A stretch of DNA of 34,892 nucleotides from an uncultured Lachnospiraceae bacterium (lineage in GTDB: Bacteria; Bacillota; Clostridia; Oscillospirales; CAG-272): the NCBI GenBank assembly GCA_964579815.1, contig CAZOHP010000004.1, positions 1 to 34,892 of the forward strand, in the 5' to 3' direction. A program made the translations under genes and the position numbers. This document shows, piece by piece, positions 21,249 through 29,881 of the stretch (the stretch's first letter is position 1; every line of letters starts with the position of its first letter). A model generated the notes under the pieces. The model saw nothing but the letters and a program-made list of their open reading frames with translations. It made no database searches and had not been told where the DNA came from.

Positions 21249-21339
21249 ACCCGAAGGGACATTGACATATCCCTTCGGGTCGCACGGAACATGCGACGGG
21301 AAGTAGGGAGCATACGGCTCCCTACTTTTCCGCACGGAA
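21249..21339. repeat. Cluster of intercistronic hairpins between livK and livH
   Basis: ACCCGAAGGGA/TCCCTTCGGGT (21249-21280), GTCGCA/TGCGAC (21279-21297) and AAGTAGGGAGC/GCTCCCTACTT (21301-21327). Confidence 0.7.
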
Positions 21340-21345
21340 GAGATT

Positions 21346-22530
21346 TTATTTTTTTTCGTAAGCGACGACTTTGCCGTCAACAAAGGTCATCAACTTTGCC
21401 GCCTTGGCAACATTGCCGTCATCTTCCCATGACATTTCGCCGGTCGTTCCGTTCACGGTAACTTCTTTCATAGCGGTGACAATTCTCTCGTTGAAATTAT
21501 CAACATCATCGCTCTTCAAACCGGCTTTTTCAAGCGCAGCCTTGACCGCATAAACCGCATCGTAACCGTCAGCGGCAAACTGATCGGGAACCGCATTGTA
21601 CTTTGCGGTATACGCGCTGACAAACGCTTGAACGTTTGTTTCGGGAGAATCGGCGGTAAACGGTGTCAGCATCAAAACGCCGTTAGCATCCGACACGTCG
21701 CTGATCTTGGTCAAAAGTCCGTCAAAACCATCACAACCAAATACGGGAATATTCAATTTCCCTTTTGCTTGAGTTAAGAATTGAGCAGCCTCCGCGGCGT
21801 AAATGGGAGCAAAAACAAGTTCTGCACCGGACTTGGCAATGGCATCGATTTGGGTGGAAAAATCGGTCTTGGTAGAATCATCGAACGTCTGAGTTTGTAC
21901 GATCTCAAAACCGTATTCACCCTTTTTGGAATTGAAACTCTCATACAGACCGACGCTGTAATCGTTGTCACTGGCATAGAAAACGGCAACCTTGGTACCG
22001 AGATTGTAGTTTTTCACGTACTGCGCCGCAGCATAGCCCTGTTCGGGATCACTGAAACAAATACGGAATGCGGCATTGTTTCCGTCAATGGCGGCAACGG
22101 AGGATGCCGACGGCGTCAAAAGCATAATGCCATCGTCCTTAGCGGCAGCTACAACCGAAGCGGTTTCGCCCGACAAAACGCCTCCCAGCGATATCTTCAT
22201 TCCCTCATCCATCTGCTTACCGTAAGCGGAAACAGCCGAGTCGGGAGCGCCTTGGGAATCTTCAAAACTGACAACCAATTTGAAACCGTTGACACCGCCT
22301 GCCGCATTGATCTCGGCAGCTGCCAACTCGGCTCCCTGCTTGACCGAAACGCCGTAATTGGCGTAGTCACCGGTCAACGGGCCGATTCCGCCGATATACA
22401 ACTTGGTCAAGCCCGTCTCGGTATCGATGGGCCATTCGTCATTGCTTCCACAGGACGCAAATCCGAGAGCGCTCATGGCAACCATTAGGCATGCGAGTGC
22501 GATTGTTGTGATTTTGTGAAATGCTTTCAT
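21346..22530 (-). CDS. livK: HAAT/Liv-type ABC transporter substrate-binding lipoprotein
   Basis: Signal peptide with lipobox (FASC), IGGIGPLTG, EINAAGGVNG, AFRICFSD and DQFAADGYD. SD AAGGAG before ATG 22530. Confidence 0.92.
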   Translation of the reverse strand: MKAFHKITTIALACLMVAMSALGFASCGSNDEWPIDTETGLTKLYIGGIGPLTGDYANYGVSVKQGAELAAAEINAAGGVNGFKLVVSFEDSQGAPDSAVSAYGKQMDEGMKISLGGVLSGETASVVAAAKDDGIMLLTPSASSVAAIDGNNAAFRICFSDPEQGYAAAQYVKNYNLGTKVAVFYASDNDYSVGLYESFNSKKGEYGFEIVQTQTFDDSTKTDFSTQIDAIAKSGAELVFAPIYAAEAAQFLTQAKGKLNIPVFGCDGFDGLLTKISDVSDANGVLMLTPFTADSPETNVQAFVSAYTAKYNAVPDQFAADGYDAVYAVKAALEKAGLKSDDVDNFNERIVTAMKEVTVNGTTGEMSWEDDGNVAKAAKLMTFVDGKVVAYEKK

Positions 22531-22587
22531 TTTTTTCTCCTTTGGATGTCTATATTTTTGATGAAAAACGAATGTTCGTTTTTCAAC

Positions 22588-22626
22588 CAAACAAAGTGAA
22601 AGGGCGGTTGCTGTGCAAAACCGCCC
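22588..22626 (-). terminator. Intrinsic terminator (attenuator 3:4 helix) in the liv/aro leader
   Basis: Minus strand GGGCGGTT-TTGCACAGC-AACCGCCC followed by TTTCACTTTGTTT, about 60 nt before the livK start. Confidence 0.75.
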
Positions 22627-22667
22627 ATCGCCCGACCTTATGTTTGACACGCCGGAAATGCTGAGTG

Positions 22668-23027
22668 TCAACCTAAGGAATATGCGCTCCTTTTATGAGG
22701 GTGGTTTTGCCTTTCGTTGTCGTAAAGGCAATAGACATAAAAACGTATTATGGTATAAAAGCGGTTGGCAAGGCACAGTCGCAACACTTGCTCCGGCGGC
22801 ATAGCCATGATGCGCAAGCAGAAAATCATCAGATCCTTCACCGCAGTAAACACCCTAATAAACACAAAAACGGACACCGCAAAAGCAGCATCCGCCAAAC
22901 AGTAAAGTATTTTTGCAGCGTCGGCCGTGCTTTTGGCCATGGAACGGGCGCACACTGACAGCACCGACGCATCGGTCGGTCGACAAGTATGACTATGCTG
23001 TAATGCCTGTTCCAAATTATGCATCAT
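22668..23027 (-). CDS. Putative leader peptide (119 aa) with C-terminal Phe/Tyr-rich cluster
   Basis: SD GAAAGGA before ATG 23027. No recognisable domain. The FYTIIRFYVYCLY cluster overlaps the first attenuator helix, and the stop lies about 40 nt before the terminator. Confidence 0.6.
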   Translation of the reverse strand: MMHNLEQALQHSHTCRPTDASVLSVCARSMAKSTADAAKILYCLADAAFAVSVFVFIRVFTAVKDLMIFCLRIMAMPPEQVLRLCLANRFYTIIRFYVYCLYDNERQNHPHKRSAYSLG

Positions 23028-23055
23028 ACTGATCCTTTCAAATAATAATATATAT

Positions 23056-23084
23056 AGTATACATGATTTCTTCCGAAAAATCAA
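23056..23084 (-). promoter_or_regulatory. Candidate SigA promoter for the leader-liv-aro transcript
   Basis: Minus strand TTGATT (23084-23079), 17 nt, TATACT (23061-23056), just upstream of the leader SD. Confidence 0.55.
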
Positions 23085-23323
23085 TAGTGAATTATACAAA
23101 AATAACGGATTTGCTTTGCCCTTTTTTCGTGTTTTTATCACATAATTTGCATATTTTTTCATTATTTAATCGAAACGACATAATAAAGCGCAATTGCATT
23201 GGCATTTTATCCAAAAACGGTTATGGGAAGTTGTGCAAAAGTGATAAAATTAAAATTGGGGGCTTTTCAACTGATTGATTTTATGGTACAATGTAATTAT
23301 CAAACAAAGGAGGATAACCCCAT

Positions 23324-23749
23324 ATGGCTATCAAAATGCGCGTACTCTATGCAACAGGAAAGAAAAAAATAGTAAACATTGCAAATTTCATCAAGCAGCA
23401 CTACGAATTATCCCAAAATTCCGTGGATAAAGTCCCCCCTGCTTATTCGTGCGATAAGGAACGCATCGTCATATTGGCGATCGCTGGTAAATCCGATGTG
23501 GAGGATGCACTGCGTCGTTTTTGCATTGAATTGACAAAGGAGCGCACCGCCAATGTTGCGCTGCTGGTTGATGGTACCGAAGCCTATGCTAACAATGTCA
23601 AGGAAATTCTGCGGAGTGCCGGCACGAACGTCATTGAGGATGTTTTGTACATGAAGAGCGGTTTGCCTTTCTTCGCCGCTGTCAAACCGGAAGAACAAAA
23701 TGCCATCGTGGAATGGTTGGACAATAAAGTCATCAACAATTTGAAATAA
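23324..23749 (+). CDS. Flavodoxin-like fold protein
   Basis: Strong SD AAGGAGG and an extended -10 TGgTACAAT upstream. Length 141 aa with an alpha/beta pattern (RVLYATG..., IVILAI, NVALLVDG, C-terminal helix) typical of short flavodoxins. Confidence 0.65.
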   Translation: MAIKMRVLYATGKKKIVNIANFIKQHYELSQNSVDKVPPAYSCDKERIVILAIAGKSDVEDALRRFCIELTKERTANVALLVDGTEAYANNVKEILRSAGTNVIEDVLYMKSGLPFFAAVKPEEQNAIVEWLDNKVINNLK

Positions 23750-23767
23750 ACAATTGAAAATTTGATT

Positions 23768-23810
23768 AAAACAGGCAGACACGTTTCAATGATCGTGTCT
23801 GCCTGCTTTT
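23768..23810. terminator. Bidirectional terminator between the flavodoxin-like gene and prs
   Basis: CAGGCAGACACG / CGTGTCTGCCTG 12-bp stem with flanking A and T tracts. Confidence 0.8.
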
Positions 23811-23817
23811 GTAGTAT

Positions 23818-24951
23818 TTAACCCTGTTTTTTGTCATTGAGGTTTGCCTTATGTTTGTCCAAAAGCGTATGAATACGCTTAACGGGATCAAGCAAACCGC
23901 TGATGGTACGATCGTGATTGAGCGTATCGATCAAATACGCAACATACTTGCACATATTGACTTCGCAATACCACGGCTTTTCAAGCAACTCCGGCTGACG
24001 ATAAACCAGATTGGTCGTAAAAATTTTGTCAATTACTCCATCATGATATGCCTTGTCGAATTTTTCAAAGCCTTCGGTGAAAAGCCCAAACGTTGCAAAG
24101 TTAAAGATACGCTTAGCGCCTTTATCCTTGAGTTGCAGCGCAACATCAATAAGAGATTCGCCCGAAGCGATCATATCGTCAACAATAATGACATCCTTCC
24201 CCTTAACACTGCGCCCAAGATATTCGTGTGCTTCGATTGGGTTACGCCCGTTGATAACAATAGAATAATTGCGACGTTTATAAAACATACCGATATCCAA
24301 GCCGAGAATGGAAGAATAGTACATCGATCGTTGCATCGCACCCTCGTCCGGTGAAATCATCATCAAATGCTCTTTTTCCAACTCGATATCGGGGTAGCAA
24401 CGAACCAACGCCTTGATCATTTGATAGGTGGGTTGAATATTATCGAACCCGTTCAGCGGAACGGCATTGCAGATGCGGGCATCATGCGCATCAAAAGTCA
24501 AAATATCCGAAACACCCATGTGAACCAACTCTTGCAACATGATAGCACAGTCCAGTGATTCGCGAGATGAACGTTTATGCTGACGTCCCTCATACAGCAT
24601 CGGCATGATGATCGTAATTCGTCTTGCCTTACCGGCGATTGCGGCAATGATGCGCTTCAGATCGGCATAATGATCATCAGGACTCATAGGAACCGCTTGG
24701 CCATACATTTTATAGGTTACGCTGTAATTGAAGATATCACAGATAATGTAAACATCATTACCGCGCATAGATGAATACAGCATGCCCTTGCCTTCACCCG
24801 TTCCGAAACGGGGGCAATCCACACGGGCAAGATAAGTCTCCTCACCATCTTGTCTACGCCATTCCTTGAGATAATAGTCAACCTGCTCTGCGAATTTTTC
24901 GCATCCTTTCATATAAATGACGCTAAGTTGTGCGTATACCGCTTCCTTCAT
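23818..24951 (-). CDS. prs: Ribose-phosphate pyrophosphokinase
   Basis: RFGTGE, YEGRQH, FDAHD, ISPDEG, YKRR and the PRPP-binding motif VIIVDDMIASGES. Confidence 0.95.
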   Translation of the reverse strand: MKEAVYAQLSVIYMKGCEKFAEQVDYYLKEWRRQDGEETYLARVDCPRFGTGEGKGMLYSSMRGNDVYIICDIFNYSVTYKMYGQAVPMSPDDHYADLKRIIAAIAGKARRITIIMPMLYEGRQHKRSSRESLDCAIMLQELVHMGVSDILTFDAHDARICNAVPLNGFDNIQPTYQMIKALVRCYPDIELEKEHLMMISPDEGAMQRSMYYSSILGLDIGMFYKRRNYSIVINGRNPIEAHEYLGRSVKGKDVIIVDDMIASGESLIDVALQLKDKGAKRIFNFATFGLFTEGFEKFDKAYHDGVIDKIFTTNLVYRQPELLEKPWYCEVNMCKYVAYLIDTLNHDRTISGLLDPVKRIHTLLDKHKANLNDKKQG

Positions 24952-25105
24952 GTCATCTGTCCCTCTCTTTTGTCAGATTTTCTCGGGTCTTGCCGAGTGT
25001 TGCCACATCATTATACCATACCTTACTAAAAAAGTAAAGGGTAAAACGCAAAAATCGCAAAAAGAAAGAACAAAAGAATATAGGTTAAAATTTTATTTCG
25101 TATCT

Positions 25106-25369
25106 TCACACTTTCATATCTTCGATGACATCGGCCAAGGTGGTCGGTGTGACTTTTCCGCGTTTGATGCGCAGGTAGGCTTCATATGCAGTAGCATAAT
25201 CGGGAAATGGTAAGGTCATCGTAAGGCCCTCATATCCGTAAATAACGTTGATATCGTATCTTGTCTTGCCATCACTGCGAACAATAATAAAACGATAACG
25301 CACATGTCGATGTGTGAACTTCTTTTGACATTTGTCGGCGAGAAACTCGGATTGTGATAATGTAGTCAT
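25106..25369 (-). CDS. Small hypothetical protein, DUF6514-like
   Basis: SD CAGGAG before ATG 25369. The C-terminal GKVTPTTLADVIED resembles the clostridial DUF6514 motif (from recall). Extended -10 TGTGtTATAAT at about 25437-25447. Confidence 0.65.
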   Translation of the reverse strand: MTTLSQSEFLADKCQKKFTHRHVRYRFIIVRSDGKTRYDINVIYGYEGLTMTLPFPDYATAYEAYLRIKRGKVTPTTLADVIEDMKV

Positions 25370-25807
25370 TGAATTGTAACTCCTGTCATTAAATTTTAGC
25401 GGAAAGGCATCCGGATGCATTTTTACCCGCAAATTTATTATAACACAAGTTCTATCTACTCTTTTTTTAATGTTTTTTGTCGGTTTTTGATGATCTTGAC
25501 GAAGGTTTTGCAAAGTTTGTATAAACATATGATCAACAGCGAGGAAGAATGCTCTCCCTCATCACTTGATTTTCACAATTAAATTCTTAAAATATTAAAA
25601 AATGCAACGGCGATTCAAATATTGTTTACAATTTATACGCATTGTGTTCGTTTTTTTGCCTTGATACCGCAAGAAATTTTCCAACTTTTCGCACTGGACA
25701 ATTCCTTTATTTTAAAGTATAATAGGTGGTGTCTAAGTAATGAATCAAGATTAAAATGCAGTGAAAAAATATTTTTTTCGTCAAAATAACGGAAAGAGAG
25801 TACATAT

Positions 25808-26065
25808 ATGCCAAAATTTTCAAAAAAGAAACATCCGACAAAACATTTCGCACCAATTTCGGTGCATTTTCTCAAGTTTGGTTTATTTGCAGTTGCATTG
25901 CAAGTTGCGACGTTTGCCATCGTCGTTCAAGATACTCTGACATATAATCCGTATTACGTGGCGTTATACTATTTGCCACTCGTGGAATATATTGCCCTTT
26001 CTTTTACACTTGTTGCCCTCGGCGTGTTGCTGTTTGAAATTATTGCCAATGATTTCAAAGAATAG
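25808..26065 (+). CDS. Small membrane protein (two predicted TM helices)
   Basis: Basic N-terminus followed by two hydrophobic segments. Purine-rich SD, and a terminator immediately after the stop. Confidence 0.6.
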   Translation: MPKFSKKKHPTKHFAPISVHFLKFGLFAVALQVATFAIVVQDTLTYNPYYVALYYLPLVEYIALSFTLVALGVLLFEIIANDFKE

Positions 26066-26071
26066 AACATG

Positions 26072-26104
26072 ACAAAAGGCCGATGCATTGCATCGACCTT
26101 TGTT
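26072..26104. terminator. Hairpin between the convergent membrane-protein and helicase genes
   Basis: AAAGG-C-CGATGCA-T-TGCATCG-A-CCTTT inverted repeat. Confidence 0.65.
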
Positions 26105-26108
26105 CCAT

Positions 26109-28400
26109 TTACATTTCTTTTTCCCAACACATCACGCGATCAATCAATTCATCTGCCCGCAAACGATCTGTTGCATAAGCGCGACGAAGTAATTCAACGG
26201 GAATGCAATCATCATATTTTTCGAACATCGGTATCTCACTGTTTTCGATCAAGGCCATGCAATCAATACCCTCCTGTTTGATTTTGGCGGTAAGATGACA
26301 AATCCAAGCATGCGGATCCGGTTCGTTCATTTTAAAAGTTATATAATTGCAACCATCGTTTTCAATGGAAGAGATTCCCAATTCATTGGCATACTTCCTA
26401 AGATATTTGCGACAAGTGCGAAATGAACGCGTTCCGAGCCAAGGGAATAAGCACCAATTATAACCGCCTAAATGAATGAGAGAGTGCTGTAACATCCCCG
26501 TATTACGAGCAACGTGACGGGCGCTCTCCAGCCGCTTACGGGCATTTTCCTTAAGATACGGATAAATTGTGTCTTCCTCCAGCACACGTCGCATTCGCTC
26601 AAGGATTTTAGTGTGGATTTCACCGTAATCCCCGGGCCATGATACCTCCATTTTGCCAAGCACGCTTTTCACGTAAATCAGTTTATGTGCGATATCAAGT
26701 TCTTCAACTTCCCACACACGTCCCGCCAGTGCGAAGCGATCTCCCACAGGCGGTGGGGTGGTGATTGTGCCGATCTCATCGGAGCCGCATCGTACGGTAT
26801 AATCCTCACTATCCTTAAACACAGCGTAAAATTTAAAACTTTTAATCAGTTTTTCTCCGCGCAAACCAACGATCAAGCCCTTTTCCTCGGTCATCTCGAG
26901 ATATTGCTGCTGTATCATTGAAATTAGTAAAGTTCGATAATCTTCTCGACTGACAGTGGCAAAGGGAGGTAGCGTCAAAATACGCTCGGCCAAACGTTTA
27001 GGTGACAACTCGCCCGATGCGGCAAGCACGCTGAGAGTTTGATGAAACAAGAGACTCATGGGTATATGACGAATATTCGGAGGCTCAATGAAGCGCTCTT
27101 CAATATACAGTTGAACGATTGCGATAGCACGCAAAAGTTCCCATGGCATCAACTGCGGAAGCGGCGTATTCGGCAACGCATCTTCTTCGCGAAACACCAT
27201 AATCATTTCCGGCGGCTGTCCACGTCGCCCCGAGCGCCCGAGGCGCTGTAAAAAAGACGACACCGTGTGCGGAGACTGATTTTGCAATATGCGTTCCAAA
27301 CGCCCGATATCAATTCCCAATTCCATCGTAACCGTGGCGCATGTGACGGCCATACTTTCTTCATCTTTCATCCTGGCTTCGGCTTCCTCACGAATGGCAG
27401 CCGACAAATTTCCGTGATGGATAAGAAAAATATCCGGTTCGCCACGTGCGGCAGCAATTTGACGAAAAGTAGCCGTTAAATATTCCGTTTCTTCGCGCGA
27501 ATTGGAAAAAACGAGCGATTTACAATCTTTCACACAATCATACATGTATTCATAACCGGCGTCTATTTTCGTAATAGGATCCGGAGATGTAACTTCATCG
27601 CTCTTGCTGTTGTCTCCCGCATCTTCGGTTTGCTCGTGAAAACTTGCAGTTTGATCGGCCTTTGGATTTTGAACGTAGAAATGTTCCATTCCAAGCCGCC
27701 AACGATTCTTACCATCGGCAAATACCGGTACATCGACCGAAACGCTTGAGCCACCGGCAAGCCAAGCGGCAACCAGCCCTACATCGCCCACCGTAGCCGA
27801 CAGACCGATACGACGCGGTTCATGACCGATCAGGCGTGACAGGCGCGTCAATTGACAGAGAATTTGGTTACCGCGATCCGAACCGGTCAGAGTGTGAATC
27901 TCATCAATCACGACATAGCGCAAATCCGAAAATAAACGTACAATATCATTGGAACGATTCATCAGCATAGATTCCAAAGATTCCGGTGTGATCTGCAAGA
28001 TCCCACGCGGTGTTTCCAGTAATTTTTTCTTGTGCGAGGGGGCAACATCACCGTGCCAATGTGTCACGGCAATGCCGGATTCTTCCAGCAATTCTTCCAT
28101 GCGAAAGAATTGGTCATTGATCAAACTTTTAAGCGGTGCAATATATAATGTTCCGATACTCGGCGGCGGGTTTTCCCAAAGATCCGCAAGTATGGGAAAA
28201 AATGCAGCCTCGGTTTTGCCGCTCGCGGTAGAAGAAGTTAAAAGCAGATGATGGTCGGTTTCAAATAATGTACGTGCCGCGGCAATTTGCACCGCACGCA
28301 GTGACTCCCACGAATGGCGATAAATAAATTCGCGGATAAATACAGGAAAACGCTCAAAGATTCGCGCGGCTTCTTGTTCGGGTGCATTTTGTTGCGACAT
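26109..28400 (-). CDS. sngC: Lhr-like SF2 DEAD/DEAH-box helicase (Shango SngC-like)
   Basis: TASGKTEAAF, PLKSLINDQ, TPESLE, DEIH, LSAT, HHGNL, TMELGIDIG and QRLGRSGRR motifs. Start set at ATG 28400 after SD GAAAGGAG. Confidence 0.85.
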   Translation of the reverse strand: MSQQNAPEQEAARIFERFPVFIREFIYRHSWESLRAVQIAAARTLFETDHHLLLTSSTASGKTEAAFFPILADLWENPPPSIGTLYIAPLKSLINDQFFRMEELLEESGIAVTHWHGDVAPSHKKKLLETPRGILQITPESLESMLMNRSNDIVRLFSDLRYVVIDEIHTLTGSDRGNQILCQLTRLSRLIGHEPRRIGLSATVGDVGLVAAWLAGGSSVSVDVPVFADGKNRWRLGMEHFYVQNPKADQTASFHEQTEDAGDNSKSDEVTSPDPITKIDAGYEYMYDCVKDCKSLVFSNSREETEYLTATFRQIAAARGEPDIFLIHHGNLSAAIREEAEARMKDEESMAVTCATVTMELGIDIGRLERILQNQSPHTVSSFLQRLGRSGRRGQPPEMIMVFREEDALPNTPLPQLMPWELLRAIAIVQLYIEERFIEPPNIRHIPMSLLFHQTLSVLAASGELSPKRLAERILTLPPFATVSREDYRTLLISMIQQQYLEMTEEKGLIVGLRGEKLIKSFKFYAVFKDSEDYTVRCGSDEIGTITTPPPVGDRFALAGRVWEVEELDIAHKLIYVKSVLGKMEVSWPGDYGEIHTKILERMRRVLEEDTIYPYLKENARKRLESARHVARNTGMLQHSLIHLGGYNWCLFPWLGTRSFRTCRKYLRKYANELGISSIENDGCNYITFKMNEPDPHAWICHLTAKIKQEGIDCMALIENSEIPMFEKYDDCIPVELLRRAYATDRLRADELIDRVMCWEKEM

Positions 28401-28413
28401 AGCGCCTCTCCTT

Positions 28414-29817
28414 TCAGAAATCGATATCTTCGGGGCAAAAATTGATAGTGGCAGGCGCGGATGACCTTTGTTCGGAAAGTTGCTCCGCTTCCCTTTCCTC
28501 CTCGAGTTGCTTTTCGGTCTTGAGCGTGACCGTGTTACCGACAACATCCTCAAATACAGCATTTTCATTTTGCATGAGAATATGCAAAACCGTCATATAG
28601 TCACGTAACATCTCACGCGGCGTGATCATACTGTCGGCACCTGCTCTGGAAAGACATAACTGCAAAAATGATTGCATTTGTTCAAGAGAGACGCGTGGCT
28701 CCCAATGATAATTCTGCGCATGAAGATGGGTAATGCGCACGATCAGCGCAAGCAGTTCGTCATCGCTTAATCGTTTCAGCCGAATGACAGGGCCGATCAT
28801 GTTTTTATAACCTTGAAGAGAAAAACGGCTGTCACACAAGCGACTGCGCAAAGCCTCATAACTGAAAAGTCCTCGACGAGAATCTTCGAGAAATTGCGGT
28901 GTGCCGCCGAAAATCAGTTCCAGTCCCGGCGCTCGCCCTTGTAATGTGTCATTAAACATTGACAGAATTTTTTCATAGTTATTCTCGCGGCTGACGCGAT
29001 GAACGATCTTATACAGATTTACGCATTCATCGATAAACACAACCACCCCTCGATATCCCATCAAACGCACAAGTGCCGCCCATAGTTTGAGAAAATCATA
29101 CCAGTTGTCGTCGTCAATGATAACCGAAACGGGGAATCCGAGTGCTGCTCTGGCTTCGGTCTTATTGGAAAATTCGCCGCGCAACCACCGTAGACAGGCG
29201 CTTTTCTTTTGCTCTGCGATCCATTCATCCGGGTCGTTCCATGCCTCAAAATAGGCAGTGATAACCTTGGAAAAATCAAATCCGCCGACAAAAAACTCGA
29301 CCTCACGCAATTTTTCAAATACCAATGACCGCAAACGTGTACTGAAATTCGGATCGTCAGGCGATACGCCGGATTCAATCAACTCGGTTTGCAGCGCTGA
29401 CAGCCAGCGTGCTAAAATTTTCGGTAGTGCCCCGCCATCGGGAGACGCCTTGGATGCTAAATTTTTCATCAGTTCACGATAAGTGGCCACGCCGCTACCA
29501 CCGCTACCGTATAATCTTCTCTCCGGTGAAAGGTCGGCATCAGCCGTAATGAAATCACGTTCGAGTGCGTAACCTCGTATCAATTGCATCAAAAAACTTT
29601 TGCCGCTTCCGTAACGTCCGATCAAAAAGCGCATGCCTCCCCCGCCCTCGCTGACGGCTTCAAGATCAGAGAGAAACGCTTCGATTTCATCGGTCCGACC
29701 GATAGCGATATAAGGAGCACCCGCACGTGGCACGACGCCGGCTGAGACAGATGCCAAAAGAGAATTCAATATTCGCTTCGGGACGAGTTGCTGTGTATTT
29801 TTTTCAAAGGAAACCAT
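28414..29817 (-). CDS. sngB: DUF2791 / BrxC-BrxD-family P-loop ATPase (Shango SngB-like)
   Basis: AGVVPR..., IGR.DE, Walker A GRYGSGKSF, LRWLRGE, Walker B VVFIDE, RRGLFSYEALRSRL and TPRE motifs. Confidence 0.88.
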   Translation of the reverse strand: MVSFEKNTQQLVPKRILNSLLASVSAGVVPRAGAPYIAIGRTDEIEAFLSDLEAVSEGGGGMRFLIGRYGSGKSFLMQLIRGYALERDFITADADLSPERRLYGSGGSGVATYRELMKNLASKASPDGGALPKILARWLSALQTELIESGVSPDDPNFSTRLRSLVFEKLREVEFFVGGFDFSKVITAYFEAWNDPDEWIAEQKKSACLRWLRGEFSNKTEARAALGFPVSVIIDDDNWYDFLKLWAALVRLMGYRGVVVFIDECVNLYKIVHRVSRENNYEKILSMFNDTLQGRAPGLELIFGGTPQFLEDSRRGLFSYEALRSRLCDSRFSLQGYKNMIGPVIRLKRLSDDELLALIVRITHLHAQNYHWEPRVSLEQMQSFLQLCLSRAGADSMITPREMLRDYMTVLHILMQNENAVFEDVVGNTVTLKTEKQLEEEREAEQLSEQRSSAPATINFCPEDIDF

Positions 29818-29881
29818 TGGTCATTCTCCTTTTTACTCCATGCATTATATTTTATATTGAAAACGTAAAATCTCTTATTTG

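Noticed and set aside
22530-23060. T-box riboswitch upstream of livK
   Set aside because: No GGTGGNACC T-box bulge or specifier-loop motifs were visible on the minus strand. The leader-peptide model fits better.
23028-23162. N-terminal extensions from the ORF track (here, and for hpf, asd, xerC, livH, livK, sngC, sngA)
   Set aside because: Downstream starts have clear SD sites, and the extensions run through promoters or upstream genes.
28414-29817. BREX system, suggested by the BrxC/BrxD-family ATPase
   Set aside because: There is no pglZ, pglX or brxL. The neighbours match the Shango arrangement.
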